This document shows, piece after piece, positions 55,221-64,000 of a stretch of DNA of 64,000 nucleotides (positions within the stretch are counted from its first letter, which is position 1; each line of letters begins with the position of its first letter). Under the pieces are notes generated by a model. The model did not search any database. It worked only from the letters and a program-made list of their open reading frames with translations, and was not told the origin of the DNA. The stretch is taken from NCBI GenBank assembly GCA_009937025.1, contig JAACDG010000164.1, positions 85 to 64,084 of the forward strand, given 5' to 3'. Origin of the DNA: Methanobacteriota archaeon (lineage in GTDB: Archaea > Thermoplasmatota > Poseidoniia > Poseidoniales > Poseidoniaceae). The position numbers were made by a program, and so were the translations under genes.

Positions 55221-56315
55221 ATGACCGACGACGCACCAACGCATCGAATGACCTACGGCGGATATTTGCAGTTGGAATCGTTATTGACTTTACAGGACGG
55301 TCCTGAGGGATACAGTCCGGCTCCTTCAAACGATGAACAACACTTCATCATCGTCCACCAAGCATTTGAATTATGGTTCAAACTCATTTTACGAGAACTC
55401 AAAGAAACGCATGCTCTTCTTCACCAAGAACACGTCCCTGAAGAGAAACTCCCCCAAATCGTTCATCATTTGGACCGAGTAACTGAAATCTTTCGCCTTC
55501 TCTCGAATCAATGGAAAGTAATGGAAACACTCACCCCACAAGGATTCTTGGCGTTCCGAGATAAACTTGGCACTTCATCAGGTTTCGAATCTTGGCAAAT
55601 GAGAGAACTTGAGGTGCTTCTCGGCCTCGATAATGCTCAACGAATGGGAGGCATGGACCCTCTTCTTCACATGAAAAAATTGGCGAAAGAAGGAAAAGTA
55701 TCCGCTTCTGTTTTGTCTGATTTTGAATTTACATCAAGCCAACCATCACTTCGAGAAGCCCTCTCTGCCTGGTTGGCCCGTACACCAATCAACGGCTCAC
55801 TTGCTGGTTCAGCAGGCGATGACGCTGTTATCGAAGCATTTGTTGATGGCCATGTTGCTGCTATGCGTACTCATGGAGAGGAAGTCATTGCTCATATTGT
55901 GGCGATTGGACATGGTGAAGAAGCCCCCGTTCGTGCCCGAATTGAATCTGCAACTGAACAGGCAGCAGAATTCCTTCGCCCGAACGGTGAAGTATCTCGT
56001 TCAAGGGCGGGATTGTTATTCATTGAATCGTATCGAGAACTACCTTTGCTGTCATGGCCTCGAAAACTCATCGATTCTTTTGTGGGACTTGAACAATCAA
56101 TGTTACTGTTCCGTTCTGCCCATGCACGAATGGTCGAGCGAATGATTGGACGTCGAATGGGAACGGGTGGCTCAAGCGGTGTAGATTATCTTGATGCTAC
56201 AACCAAATACAGAGTCTTTGTCGACCTGTGGGCAGTTCGAACAATGCTTGTCAAGCGTGATGCCTTACCAGATGTAGAACAAGCCAATTTTTACGGCTTT
56301 GCCGCAAATGATTGA
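55221..56315 (+). CDS. kynA: Tryptophan 2,3-dioxygenase
   Basis: MTYGGYLQLESLL...GYSPAPSNDEQHFIIVHQAFELWFKLILRELKE is near-identical to the TDO signature (HDEHLFI.THQAYELWFKQIL). Confidence 0.85.
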   Translation: MTDDAPTHRMTYGGYLQLESLLTLQDGPEGYSPAPSNDEQHFIIVHQAFELWFKLILRELKETHALLHQEHVPEEKLPQIVHHLDRVTEIFRLLSNQWKVMETLTPQGFLAFRDKLGTSSGFESWQMRELEVLLGLDNAQRMGGMDPLLHMKKLAKEGKVSASVLSDFEFTSSQPSLREALSAWLARTPINGSLAGSAGDDAVIEAFVDGHVAAMRTHGEEVIAHIVAIGHGEEAPVRARIESATEQAAEFLRPNGEVSRSRAGLLFIESYRELPLLSWPRKLIDSFVGLEQSMLLFRSAHARMVERMIGRRMGTGGSSGVDYLDATTKYRVFVDLWAVRTMLVKRDALPDVEQANFYGFAAND

Positions 56316-56317
56316 TT

Positions 56318-56572
56318 TCAGTCGAGATGCGGGTCAATATCGATTGGAATGAGTTCATGTTCATACTCATACAATGCGATCTTTAGTGGGTCAAGAACGA
56401 ATCGAACAGATGCTTCTTCAAGTCCGTAGAGTGAGATAAGTTCGTCCATAAACGCTTCACGAAGGACTTCTTCATTTGCATAAAGAGGAGCGCCCATTCC
56501 AATTTGGAGTGCGCGTGCGCCAATAATTCGAGCTCGTTCAAATCGTGTGTGGAGTCGTGCTGGTTTGACCAT
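56318..56572 (-). CDS. rpoK: DNA-directed RNA polymerase subunit K (Rpb6/omega family) with C-terminal extension
   Basis: LTRFERARIIGARALQIGMGAP is the Rpb6 core. 85 aa from MVKPARL. Confidence 0.7.
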   Translation of the reverse strand: MVKPARLHTRFERARIIGARALQIGMGAPLYANEEVLREAFMDELISLYGLEEASVRFVLDPLKIALYEYEHELIPIDIDPHLD

Positions 56573-56627
56573 GAGATACACCTGCGAGTTCACCCGCAAT
56601 TGGGCGACCTGCCTACTGTTCTTGAAC

Positions 56628-57551
56628 CTAACCCTTGATACTCTCAGCCAAGAAAGCCTCTTCTTCCTCGTGAATCACCTGTTTTGAGAGCTTCCATCGC
56701 ATGTATATTGCAGGTACTAATGTTGCGACGAGAAGAGCCGTCCAAAGACTCGCTCTTTCACCGGGAGACATACCTTGAGTACCTATTTTGACACCGGTAT
56801 CTTGATTTTCATTCAATTCAAATCCACCTGTTGGATTCTCTGAATCACTCACCAATCGATAGACGCCAGACTGTTCTAAAATCAGAACTAAACTGCCGTT
56901 CAAACCTTCAAGAAGTTCCGACACATTTCCTGAGCCATTTGATGCATCGAATTGCATCATGTCAGTCGCAAGGGTCGGATGCGTCCTGTTTCGGTTTGTA
57001 TGCTCTATTGCTTCGATACGCCAAACGCTTACTCGGTCGCCTTTGGATGCCTCCCAGGTAAGAGTTCCATTGCTGAGTTCAACATCTGAAAAACCCTCGT
57101 AAGAAGTGGAACGTTCGCTGAGAACATTCGAAAGTTCAAGCCCTTGACTTGAGCCGGTTAGGAGCCCTTCTCCATCGATGACAAGACTTGGCAAAAACAA
57201 CAACCGGTGTTCATTATCAAATCGCATTTTAGAGGCGCTAAGGAATGATGCATCAACCACAGAAGGATGATGTTGCATCACAAAGGTTCCCGTTCGGTTC
57301 AAAGCATCGATTTCCTGCTCGATTAATTCACAAGGTTCACACCAATCTGCGCCATAATACTCAACCAGATGCTCGACCCGTTCGCCGATGCATGAAGTAG
57401 AATTTAGGCAAGAGGAATCGAAAAGTAACACATCATGCATGGTTGCAAAAACAGGTTCGTCTGTAGAGGCGTGTGCCGTTGAAGGTAATATGGATACCAT
57501 CATCATTGCGAGAATCAGTATCGGCAACACCTGTTGATGAATTCTCGCCAC
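56628..57551 (-). CDS. Membrane-anchored thioredoxin-fold thiol:disulfide oxidoreductase (extracytoplasmic)
   Basis: WCEPC (the thioredoxin CxxC). Probable GTG start giving the signal VARIHQQVLPILILAMMMVSILPSTAHA. C-terminal TM helix. The ORF as listed (to 57941) overlaps ctaA and is probably over-extended. Confidence 0.55.
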   Translation of the reverse strand: MARIHQQVLPILILAMMMVSILPSTAHASTDEPVFATMHDVLLFDSSCLNSTSCIGERVEHLVEYYGADWCEPCELIEQEIDALNRTGTFVMQHHPSVVDASFLSASKMRFDNEHRLLFLPSLVIDGEGLLTGSSQGLELSNVLSERSTSYEGFSDVELSNGTLTWEASKGDRVSVWRIEAIEHTNRNRTHPTLATDMMQFDASNGSGNVSELLEGLNGSLVLILEQSGVYRLVSDSENPTGGFELNENQDTGVKIGTQGMSPGERASLWTALLVATLVPAIYMRWKLSKQVIHEEEEAFLAESIKG

Positions 57552-57603
57552 AGTTGACGGGTGTAGGAATGTGTTCAAAAGGGGTCTGCTCCCACCATCA
57601 CCC

Positions 57604-58662
57604 ATGGGGCAGGTATGGTGGCGTCGACCGTCGACCCTCCCCGTTGCCCTTGTGATTATGTCACTCTGTATCGTCATCGCAGGTGGCACTATTCGCATCA
57701 ACGACGCAGGTGAATCATGTCCTGATTGGCCGCAGTGCTTTGGCACATGGGGTTTTGATATCTCACCAGATGAGCAAGGTGCCTTTTGGGCTGAAAATCC
57801 TGATGAAATTGATACAAGAGGTGTCGACCATCGATACACAACATTCGAAATATTCTCGGAATGGTTCCACCGACTCTTGGTTGGTATCATCGCAATACCG
57901 GTTCTTTTCAACGCTCTTCTCGCCCGGCGAATGATCGGCACATATGGTTCAACAGTGTATCGCTCGACCTTGTTGTCAGGTGTACTTTTGATTGCTCAGG
58001 CATTGGTTGGCGCACTCACAGTTTCAATGGATAATGTCGACTGGTCGGTCGCTTTACACCTCTCTCTTGCCAGTATTTTTACCTCCACATTTTTGTTCCA
58101 GTACTTTGCAATGCGGAAAGCTGAAGGTTCGAAATTCGAAGCCTTTACGCTGAATTCAGAATTTGTTTCCGCCAATCAAAAACGGGTCGATGCGATGATG
58201 GGTGCCGTTTTCACGCTCATGATTCTTGGCGCTTGGGTTTCTTCAACTGCCGGCGGACAATACAATCAAGGTTGTTCGGTAGGGTTCCCAAACGGTTGGC
58301 CAAAGTGCAATGGCACTTTGCTTCCTTCATTTGATGGACCGGGTGTCTTGGTTCAAATGATTCATCGTTTTGGGGCTGTTCTGGTTGGATTGGTCTTGGT
58401 ATCGGGTTCTGCTCGCATTCGAAGCGATGCCCTAGCAAACGAGGTCACACCTTTGATTGGACGCATTACTGACTTTACTGCAGGTTTATGGATACTTAAT
58501 GTCCTTGTTGGCGGCTCGTACATCGTCTTGGCAGAAATGGAAAACTTCCCTGAATGGGTTTCTCTACTTCACTTGATGTTCGGTATCAGTTGTTTCCTTG
58601 TTGCCATTTCTGCATCGTTCTTGATGCGATTAAGCACACCACCGACCAATGAGGAGGAATAA
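57604..58662 (+). CDS. ctaA: Heme A synthase (CtaA/COX15)
   Basis: CPDWPQCFG Cys pair in the first extracytoplasmic loop. 8 TM segments with conserved His residues. Confidence 0.8.
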   Translation: MGQVWWRRPSTLPVALVIMSLCIVIAGGTIRINDAGESCPDWPQCFGTWGFDISPDEQGAFWAENPDEIDTRGVDHRYTTFEIFSEWFHRLLVGIIAIPVLFNALLARRMIGTYGSTVYRSTLLSGVLLIAQALVGALTVSMDNVDWSVALHLSLASIFTSTFLFQYFAMRKAEGSKFEAFTLNSEFVSANQKRVDAMMGAVFTLMILGAWVSSTAGGQYNQGCSVGFPNGWPKCNGTLLPSFDGPGVLVQMIHRFGAVLVGLVLVSGSARIRSDALANEVTPLIGRITDFTAGLWILNVLVGGSYIVLAEMENFPEWVSLLHLMFGISCFLVAISASFLMRLSTPPTNEEE

Positions 58663-58664
58663 AC

Positions 58665-59681
58665 ATGGTCGAAGATGGAGTGTTAGATACAGTACCTCAT
58701 CCTGGTTGGTTCAAAGTTTTCACGCAATTGATGAAACTTCGCGTTATTGTTTTGCTCCAAGTTACCGCTGTTTGTGCGATTTTGGTTCACGATCTGTTAG
58801 CGCGTCATGGGCTTATCGATGTTGATAGAACTTGGACGGACACGATGTATACAATCGCACTTACGGTCGTTGCAGGAACTCTCTCAGCAGGCGGTTCTAA
58901 TTCGATTAATATGTGGTATGATGCGGATATCGACCCACATATGCGCCGAACAATGAACCGGCCCGTTCCTTTAGGGCACATTTCTGCTCGAGGAGCACTC
59001 ATCTTTGGACTGTTCTTGGCAATATTGGGGTCTTCTTTGTTCTTCTTGGTTCACTGGAAAGCGGCTTTCTGGTCTTTCTTTTCTGTTGCCTTTTACGTCC
59101 TCGTTTATTCGATATTGTTGAAACGCCGTACGCCTCAAAATATCGTAATTGGTGGGATTGCTGGTGCGACTCCTCCGCTGATTGGTTGGGCAGCCGCTGC
59201 AGCCTCTTCCATTGATTCAAACAATCCTTTTGATTTGGGCTCACCTATTCCATGGATGCTCTTTTTGTTGATTTTCCTGTGGACTCCACCTCACTTTTGG
59301 GCCTTGGCACTTTATCGTTCAGGCGAATACGGCAAAGTCAACGTTCCAATGTTGAATGAAGTAAAAGGTCCTGAACACACGGTATTTCAATCAAAAGTCT
59401 ACTGCGTTCTTCTCTTGATGCTCGGCTCAGTGCCATGCTTTTGGCCAGAATGTGGTCTTCCACTTCTTTGGGCTTTCCTCGCAGGCGGACTGACAATTTG
59501 GTATTCAAAATCGGTCTGGGATATCGATCCGCTTGAAGATCTTGATGAAAATGGACGAATGCCGAAAGCTGCTCGCTCTTTTTTCCGGTCAATATACTAC
59601 CTGGGATGGATGCATGTTGCATTGGTGGCAGTTTGCTTCATTCCTCCTGAATGGCTTGGTATTCTTGGTCCTTTGATTTGA
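58665..59681 (+). CDS. ctaB: Protoheme IX farnesyltransferase (heme O synthase, UbiA family)
   Basis: NMWYDADIDPHMRRTMNRPVP (UbiA NxxxDxxxD). 9 TM segments. Confidence 0.85.
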   Translation: MVEDGVLDTVPHPGWFKVFTQLMKLRVIVLLQVTAVCAILVHDLLARHGLIDVDRTWTDTMYTIALTVVAGTLSAGGSNSINMWYDADIDPHMRRTMNRPVPLGHISARGALIFGLFLAILGSSLFFLVHWKAAFWSFFSVAFYVLVYSILLKRRTPQNIVIGGIAGATPPLIGWAAAAASSIDSNNPFDLGSPIPWMLFLLIFLWTPPHFWALALYRSGEYGKVNVPMLNEVKGPEHTVFQSKVYCVLLLMLGSVPCFWPECGLPLLWAFLAGGLTIWYSKSVWDIDPLEDLDENGRMPKAARSFFRSIYYLGWMHVALVAVCFIPPEWLGILGPLI

Positions 59682-59760
59682 GTGCCACGGTTTTGTAGTG
59701 TATTCGTGAACAGTGTCAACCGTCATGTTCATGACTGCCTCGACGGTCGCCGAGTTTACT

Positions 59761-59847
59761 GCGGCAGTCGCATAGCCTGGCCATTGCGCTGGATTGCTAA
59801 TCCAGTGGTGTTTCACCTCGGGAGTTCAAATCTCCCCTGCCGCGCCA
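59761..59847 (+). tRNA. tRNA-Ser (anticodon GCU), long variable arm, genomically encoded CCA
   Basis: Acceptor GCGGCAG/CTGCCGC. Anticodon stem CTGGA/TCCAG with loop TTGCTAA, giving anticodon GCT. Variable hairpin GGTGTTTCACC. T-arm GGGAG-TTCAAAT-CTCCC. Discriminator G plus CCA. Confidence 0.85.
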
Positions 59848-59853
59848 TTCTTT

Positions 59854-62820
59854 TCAATCAAAGAAGTCATCGAATTCATCTGCAGTTCCAAGAGCACCTT
59901 GGCGTCGTTTTCGTGCATTCATGACACGAGATAATCGCTTTCTCTTCTTAAGGAGAATCGGTAAAGCAATCATACTGATGACCAGTGTAATCAAGGCGAC
60001 AATTCCAGTTGTTTGGAACTCATTTACTTCCATGTAATCGGTGAGTGTTCCGAGCCATTCAACGCCAAGAGGCGGTTCCGGTTCAGGAGGTGGAATCGGT
60101 ATCAAGTGCTGGTTATAGTCCCACCATTGGTCGTCAATAACAATGTGCAGAGAATTGGTTGGATAATTGACTTCCATGAATTGATTGCCTACCGAGTCTA
60201 CTGGCGAGAGTACGTAATAGAACGCTCTCATAGGTCGGATGTTTTCGTCATAAACGCCGCTTTGGTTGTAGTATCCAGTTTCACCGGGCACTCCTGACAA
60301 ATCAGTTTCAATCGGAGAAAGGAATTTCAAATCAATTCCTTGTGGTCGCTGATCGATTCTGTAAAGATTCCAAGAGACGTTGCCAGTAGTTTCTTGTTCT
60401 GGCCAAACCCATGACATGTTCAAATCATAACACATCGACCAATCATTTTCAATTTTATAGCAGTCGGTATCGTTGGTAAAAGAAACTTCGTATTGCATAT
60501 TGGAGACGGTTTTGTCTGGTGCAATGGCGTCTCCACAGAAAGCAGTAGCTTGTTCCGCTTCATCTCGTGAGATTTCGATATGAAGGGTGTCAGGCGCTCC
60601 CTCCCGGTCTGCAGGCATGATGGCATAGGATGCACAAGTTCCTGTTCCTAGAGGCACTGGGTCTACCCATGAGGTGTCATCCTTCGGAACTGAAGCCACG
60701 AGGGTCTCTTGAGTCAATTGTTCCCATACAAAACTGTTGAACTCGGGATATGGGTCTGGGAAAATTGTTCCTGCATTGTTTGCGAGGGTCAGTTTGTAAA
60801 TATTCCAAGAACCGATGTATGGATTACTTGTGTCCCCAGTTGGGCTCCATTGAAGTTCTAAACTTCCTCCTTCAAGTTGAGCGAATCCTAGTGGCCCACT
60901 GCTGATATTTACTGAAGGTGTTTCACCGATGATGAGGATGACTCCATTTTGAGGAAGAATCACGTCAAATGAATGGTCCACGTTTTTGGTATACTGTTCC
61001 AAAGTGGTCCAAATGTTATCATCGAGCGTTGGTAAGAAGCGAAGGTCAACCGTTTCAAGCGGGATATTCGACGGCAAGAGTGCAGAAGTGTTCAAATGAA
61101 TCTCCATGTATTCCATGCCTGTGTTGTTTGAGTTATCTTCATCTGCTAATACATAAAACGAAAGCAACATCAACGGGTTGCGTCCTTCACCAATTCCGTA
61201 TTGTGTGCCAATAACGGGCAATATTGATTCATGTTCGAGATGCGATAACGAACGAGTTACTGCTTCTCCGGTGAAGAAGGGTTCATTGTCAAGGGAAACA
61301 TAATTGTAAAGTGTAATCTCGACGTGAGCCGACTCAAGTTCTCCAAAGGTATCGGTTACACGCAAGGTGATGGTGTGGTCACCAAGTCCAAGAACCGAGC
61401 CTGAAATATTGAGCAATTGGCCATGTCCGATGTTAATGATGCCTGATATCCACCATGAATAATTGAGTGGAGCAGCAGCAGTTGAACTTGTTCGTGCCAC
61501 AAATTCGATGTATTCTCCAGTTGTGTAGGTCCCCTGAGAATTACTTTGGAATATCGTTGGATTAATGTCTCCGACAAGGATATTCGTTTCTTCACTTAGG
61601 CTGTTATCGCCTGTTTTCGCATCTGAACCTTCTGCAAAATTACTCGGAATTCCAATGGTTAAAGTTCGATCCGCACCTACCGTTGTTAGATTGAACCCAC
61701 ACGTTCGTATCTCACTGGGTTTGAAATTCGTGAGTACGCATTGAGTTTCTTGTTCAACTTCTCCAACTGGGTCATACACTTGGAATGAAACAATAACTGT
61801 TTGAATCGTTAAGTTACCCTTGTTGGTGATTGTAGAATGTACCATGTCTTCTCCGTAATAGTAATCACTTGACAACGGGTCATGCCCTGGAATCATAGAA
61901 GTTGCTTGTAGGTCGATAGTGTCATCAAAGACGATGATAATCTCTGAAAGGTCGTTTGTAGGGTTCAAATCAGCATAAGGAGTTCCAGTGCTGTTGAAGA
62001 GTCCCCAAACGAGAGTAAATGTTCCTTGGGAAGAGTGATTGAATTCAGGCATTGAACGTGAAAAAGACGACACTCCGCCCCATGAAGGGAGATTTGATAC
62101 ATTGGTGTAGGATTCTGAAAGCATTGTCGATTTGTCTTCAGACCAAAGTTGCCAACCGAGTTGAGCTACAAAATTACATGTTCCACATGCAGTCACTGAG
62201 CCTGTGATTTGCATATCATAGTCTGTATCTGTGTTGAGAATCGATTGGCCATTGTAGGTGGCAAGATCTGTTAAGATGCTTGTTGGGTCGTATGAAGTAT
62301 CAACTGAAAGGTCAACAAATGAGCGCGTGAGGTTGATGTGGAACAGGTAAACATCATCCGAAGGGTCTTGGTCTTGTAAATCAAAAGCATAAACGATGGT
62401 AAATGTTCCTTCATCTCCTGAAGGATTCCAAGCACCTGTTGCTGTGAAGTTTTCTGCTGTGCCTGGGTACATAATTGGTAATGAGAAACTTCCCCGGTCG
62501 TCAAAGTTCGATTTACAAATTGAAGCCTCAACCTCTCCTTGACAAACATACCACCACATTCCACGGTTTGAGATGGATTGAAGTCCTTCATTCGAAATGG
62601 ATACATTGAATTGAATCGGGTCCCATGACGAGCCCCATGAATCTTCAAGTGGGAAATTGGTCGCCTGAATCGACAAATCACCCGATTCAGAAGCAGATGC
62701 CGCTGGAATGGTCAGTAGCCCCGTGAAGGACGCGAAGAAAAGGAGGAAAACCAACGAAATACTTCCGCTTTTCCGCCTCGAATCACTGGGTGCATAGCGC
62801 GACATTGACAGGTGCCTCAC
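59854..62820 (-). CDS. Large (988 aa) secreted cell-surface protein with signal peptide and C-terminal TM anchor plus basic cytoplasmic tail (hypothetical; S-layer/adhesin-like)
   Basis: Signal ...ISLVFLLFFASFTGLLTIPAASASE. Long beta-rich, Asn/Ser/Thr-rich ectodomain. C-terminus TGIVALITLVISMIALPILLKKRKRLSRVMNARKRRQ...DDFFD. Confidence 0.6.
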   Translation of the reverse strand: MRHLSMSRYAPSDSRRKSGSISLVFLLFFASFTGLLTIPAASASESGDLSIQATNFPLEDSWGSSWDPIQFNVSISNEGLQSISNRGMWWYVCQGEVEASICKSNFDDRGSFSLPIMYPGTAENFTATGAWNPSGDEGTFTIVYAFDLQDQDPSDDVYLFHINLTRSFVDLSVDTSYDPTSILTDLATYNGQSILNTDTDYDMQITGSVTACGTCNFVAQLGWQLWSEDKSTMLSESYTNVSNLPSWGGVSSFSRSMPEFNHSSQGTFTLVWGLFNSTGTPYADLNPTNDLSEIIIVFDDTIDLQATSMIPGHDPLSSDYYYGEDMVHSTITNKGNLTIQTVIVSFQVYDPVGEVEQETQCVLTNFKPSEIRTCGFNLTTVGADRTLTIGIPSNFAEGSDAKTGDNSLSEETNILVGDINPTIFQSNSQGTYTTGEYIEFVARTSSTAAAPLNYSWWISGIINIGHGQLLNISGSVLGLGDHTITLRVTDTFGELESAHVEITLYNYVSLDNEPFFTGEAVTRSLSHLEHESILPVIGTQYGIGEGRNPLMLLSFYVLADEDNSNNTGMEYMEIHLNTSALLPSNIPLETVDLRFLPTLDDNIWTTLEQYTKNVDHSFDVILPQNGVILIIGETPSVNISSGPLGFAQLEGGSLELQWSPTGDTSNPYIGSWNIYKLTLANNAGTIFPDPYPEFNSFVWEQLTQETLVASVPKDDTSWVDPVPLGTGTCASYAIMPADREGAPDTLHIEISRDEAEQATAFCGDAIAPDKTVSNMQYEVSFTNDTDCYKIENDWSMCYDLNMSWVWPEQETTGNVSWNLYRIDQRPQGIDLKFLSPIETDLSGVPGETGYYNQSGVYDENIRPMRAFYYVLSPVDSVGNQFMEVNYPTNSLHIVIDDQWWDYNQHLIPIPPPEPEPPLGVEWLGTLTDYMEVNEFQTTGIVALITLVISMIALPILLKKRKRLSRVMNARKRRQGALGTADEFDDFFD

Positions 62821-62926
62821 ATCGGGGCTTCAAAGACTCATCGCCCCCGAAGGGGGCAGACTTGCGATAATTCGATGATTTACATCATCTCCATGCGGCA
62901 ACCTCTTCAATCGTCGAATACCACCG

Positions 62927-64000
62927 ATGTTCATGCGCGATGAGGCTGTTCGTTGTCTTAAAAGAGACGAAAATGCACTTACCGCAGTCATTGAATTCCT
63001 TTCTGCATTTACTTTATTCCTCATGATTCTCACTGCATTTTTATCTCTTGCACAACTTCAAATGGGTTCCAATGACCCGAATGTAGACCGAATTGATCGT
63101 TCTGCTGTCCAGGGCTTAGACCGTTTGACCTCTGATGGCGGCTGGTTTGTTCCGATGGGTGAAGGCGGGTTAGATTATGCGAATTCAACATCGGAATGGC
63201 ATTTGTTTGATGTTCTGGAACTGAATGATGGCCGCGTACAAACAGGATTGGTAAAGGACGGGATTCTCGACCATCAACGTATTCACGCACTCCGAAATGT
63301 TTCAGAAGAAAGCATGGCATTAGGGCTTGGTCTTGATGTTGGATATACTCTATTTTTATCCATTGAGGTGATTGAATCTAACAATTCCTCCCGGATTGGA
63401 TTCGAAGTCTTCACTGGGGGTACAGAACGCTCAACTGCTTCTGCATCTTCTACAGCCAGCCGTCAATTTTCTCAAGATGGAGAAATCCTTCAAGTTATCT
63501 TTGAAGTTCACAAAGGCGGCGATAAGAATAATGATCTCTTTTTGACAGAGGTTATGGTGCGTCCAATCGACTCTGGTCCGGAGTGGATTGAAATCTATAA
63601 TCCGAATGACTTCGCCCTCTCTTTGTATGGTTGGTCGTTAAATCATACCTACGGTTCAACCTCAAATAATCTGTTGTTTAAAGAAGGAATTATTTCTGGC
63701 CATTCGACCATCATATTGTCCGGAGATGCATCTTCGCAAGATTCAGGAAATGCTTCTCAAGTGTTCGACCTTTCTCAAGAATCTTTCCTTGGCGTTGGCT
63801 CCATCAATCTGCTTAACGACGCCAATGGTGAACTCACATTACGTTATACACAACTCAATTCAGTGAAGTCGTATGATGTTATGGACGTTAAATGGGGGGG
63901 TTCTTCTAACCTGTTCACATCACTTGGGCAATCGTTAGAAGCTGACCAAATCGATGGGGGATTTAGTGCAAATTGGAGTGTCCAGTCCAATCCTACTCCA
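62927..64000 (+). CDS. Partial CDS (N-terminal ~358 aa; continues past right edge): signal-anchored protein with lamin-tail-domain (LTD)-like motif
   Basis: Open frame from the ATG at 62927 to the window end (MFMRDEAVRCLKRDENALTAVIEFLSAFTLFLMILTAFL...). PEWIEIYNPNDFALSLYGWSL matches the LTD signature (EWIELYNP...L.GW.L). Confidence 0.55.
   Translation, partial: MFMRDEAVRCLKRDENALTAVIEFLSAFTLFLMILTAFLSLAQLQMGSNDPNVDRIDRSAVQGLDRLTSDGGWFVPMGEGGLDYANSTSEWHLFDVLELNDGRVQTGLVKDGILDHQRIHALRNVSEESMALGLGLDVGYTLFLSIEVIESNNSSRIGFEVFTGGTERSTASASSTASRQFSQDGEILQVIFEVHKGGDKNNDLFLTEVMVRPIDSGPEWIEIYNPNDFALSLYGWSLNHTYGSTSNNLLFKEGIISGHSTIILSGDASSQDSGNASQVFDLSQESFLGVGSINLLNDANGELTLRYTQLNSVKSYDVMDVKWGGSSNLFTSLGQSLEADQIDGGFSANWSVQSNPTP

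Noticed and set aside
59682-59760. Second tRNA or other ncRNA upstream of tRNA-Ser
   Set aside because: No cloverleaf could be folded. The region is probably the tRNA promoter/leader.
1-64000. CRISPR arrays, IS elements, integrases, prophage or defence islands
   Set aside because: No spaced direct repeats, transposase or integrase-like ORFs, or att-like duplications flanking the tRNA were seen. The only tandem repeats are intragenic and coding (KAPA tail, PA tract, EEV tail).

Overview
This 64-kb window is a gene-dense segment (about 90% coding, roughly 57 protein genes plus one tRNA) with a strongly acidic proteome and no CRISPR array or obvious mobile element. Gene content points to an archaeon. 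Archaeal markers are a CTP-type FAD synthetase (RibL), PurP, a GHMP-type shikimate kinase, DhnA-type AroA' with AroB', and RpoK. These sit alongside bacterial-type lipid genes (gpsA, plsC-like), heme-copper oxidase assembly genes, subtilases and many membrane-anchored surface proteins. A Marine Group II/Poseidoniales-like euryarchaeote is my best guess, by inference only.

Recognisable blocks, left to right:
- an ABC-2 exporter;
- phnDCE with palindromic operator-like elements;
- gpsA;
- an endonuclease-IV-like protein with a histone-like KAPA-repeat tail;
- a riboflavin cluster mixing archaeal RibL with bacterial-type riboflavin synthase;
- trxB, moeB-rhodanese, an orphan response regulator and a fused E1 alpha-beta 2-oxoacid dehydrogenase;
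- an aquaporin, a CaCA antiporter and an acyl-CoA dehydrogenase;
- mocA/xdhC accessory genes, and about 10 kb further on a coxS-coxL-coxM-like molybdenum hydroxylase;
- a four-gene MoxR/DUF58 module;
- a complete archaeal ASA/DKFP-type shikimate operon with aspartokinase and an HTH_10 regulator;
- PurP, tryptophan 2,3-dioxygenase, RpoK, a thioredoxin-like protein with ctaA-ctaB, and tRNA-Ser(GCU).

The most unusual observations:
- an in-frame TAG inside the Mo-hydroxylase large subunit, at a conserved aromatic position, followed by about 128 more in-frame codons that are translationally coupled to coxM;
- a ~1370-aa, ~35-40-TM membrane protein bracketed by two membrane-anchored subtilases;
- a MoxR ATPase with a ~75-aa Pro/Ala/Met-rich N-terminal repeat;
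- a shared C-terminal 'LP-x + TM + basic' anchor on three secreted proteins;
- a TM/coiled-coil/EF-hand protein.
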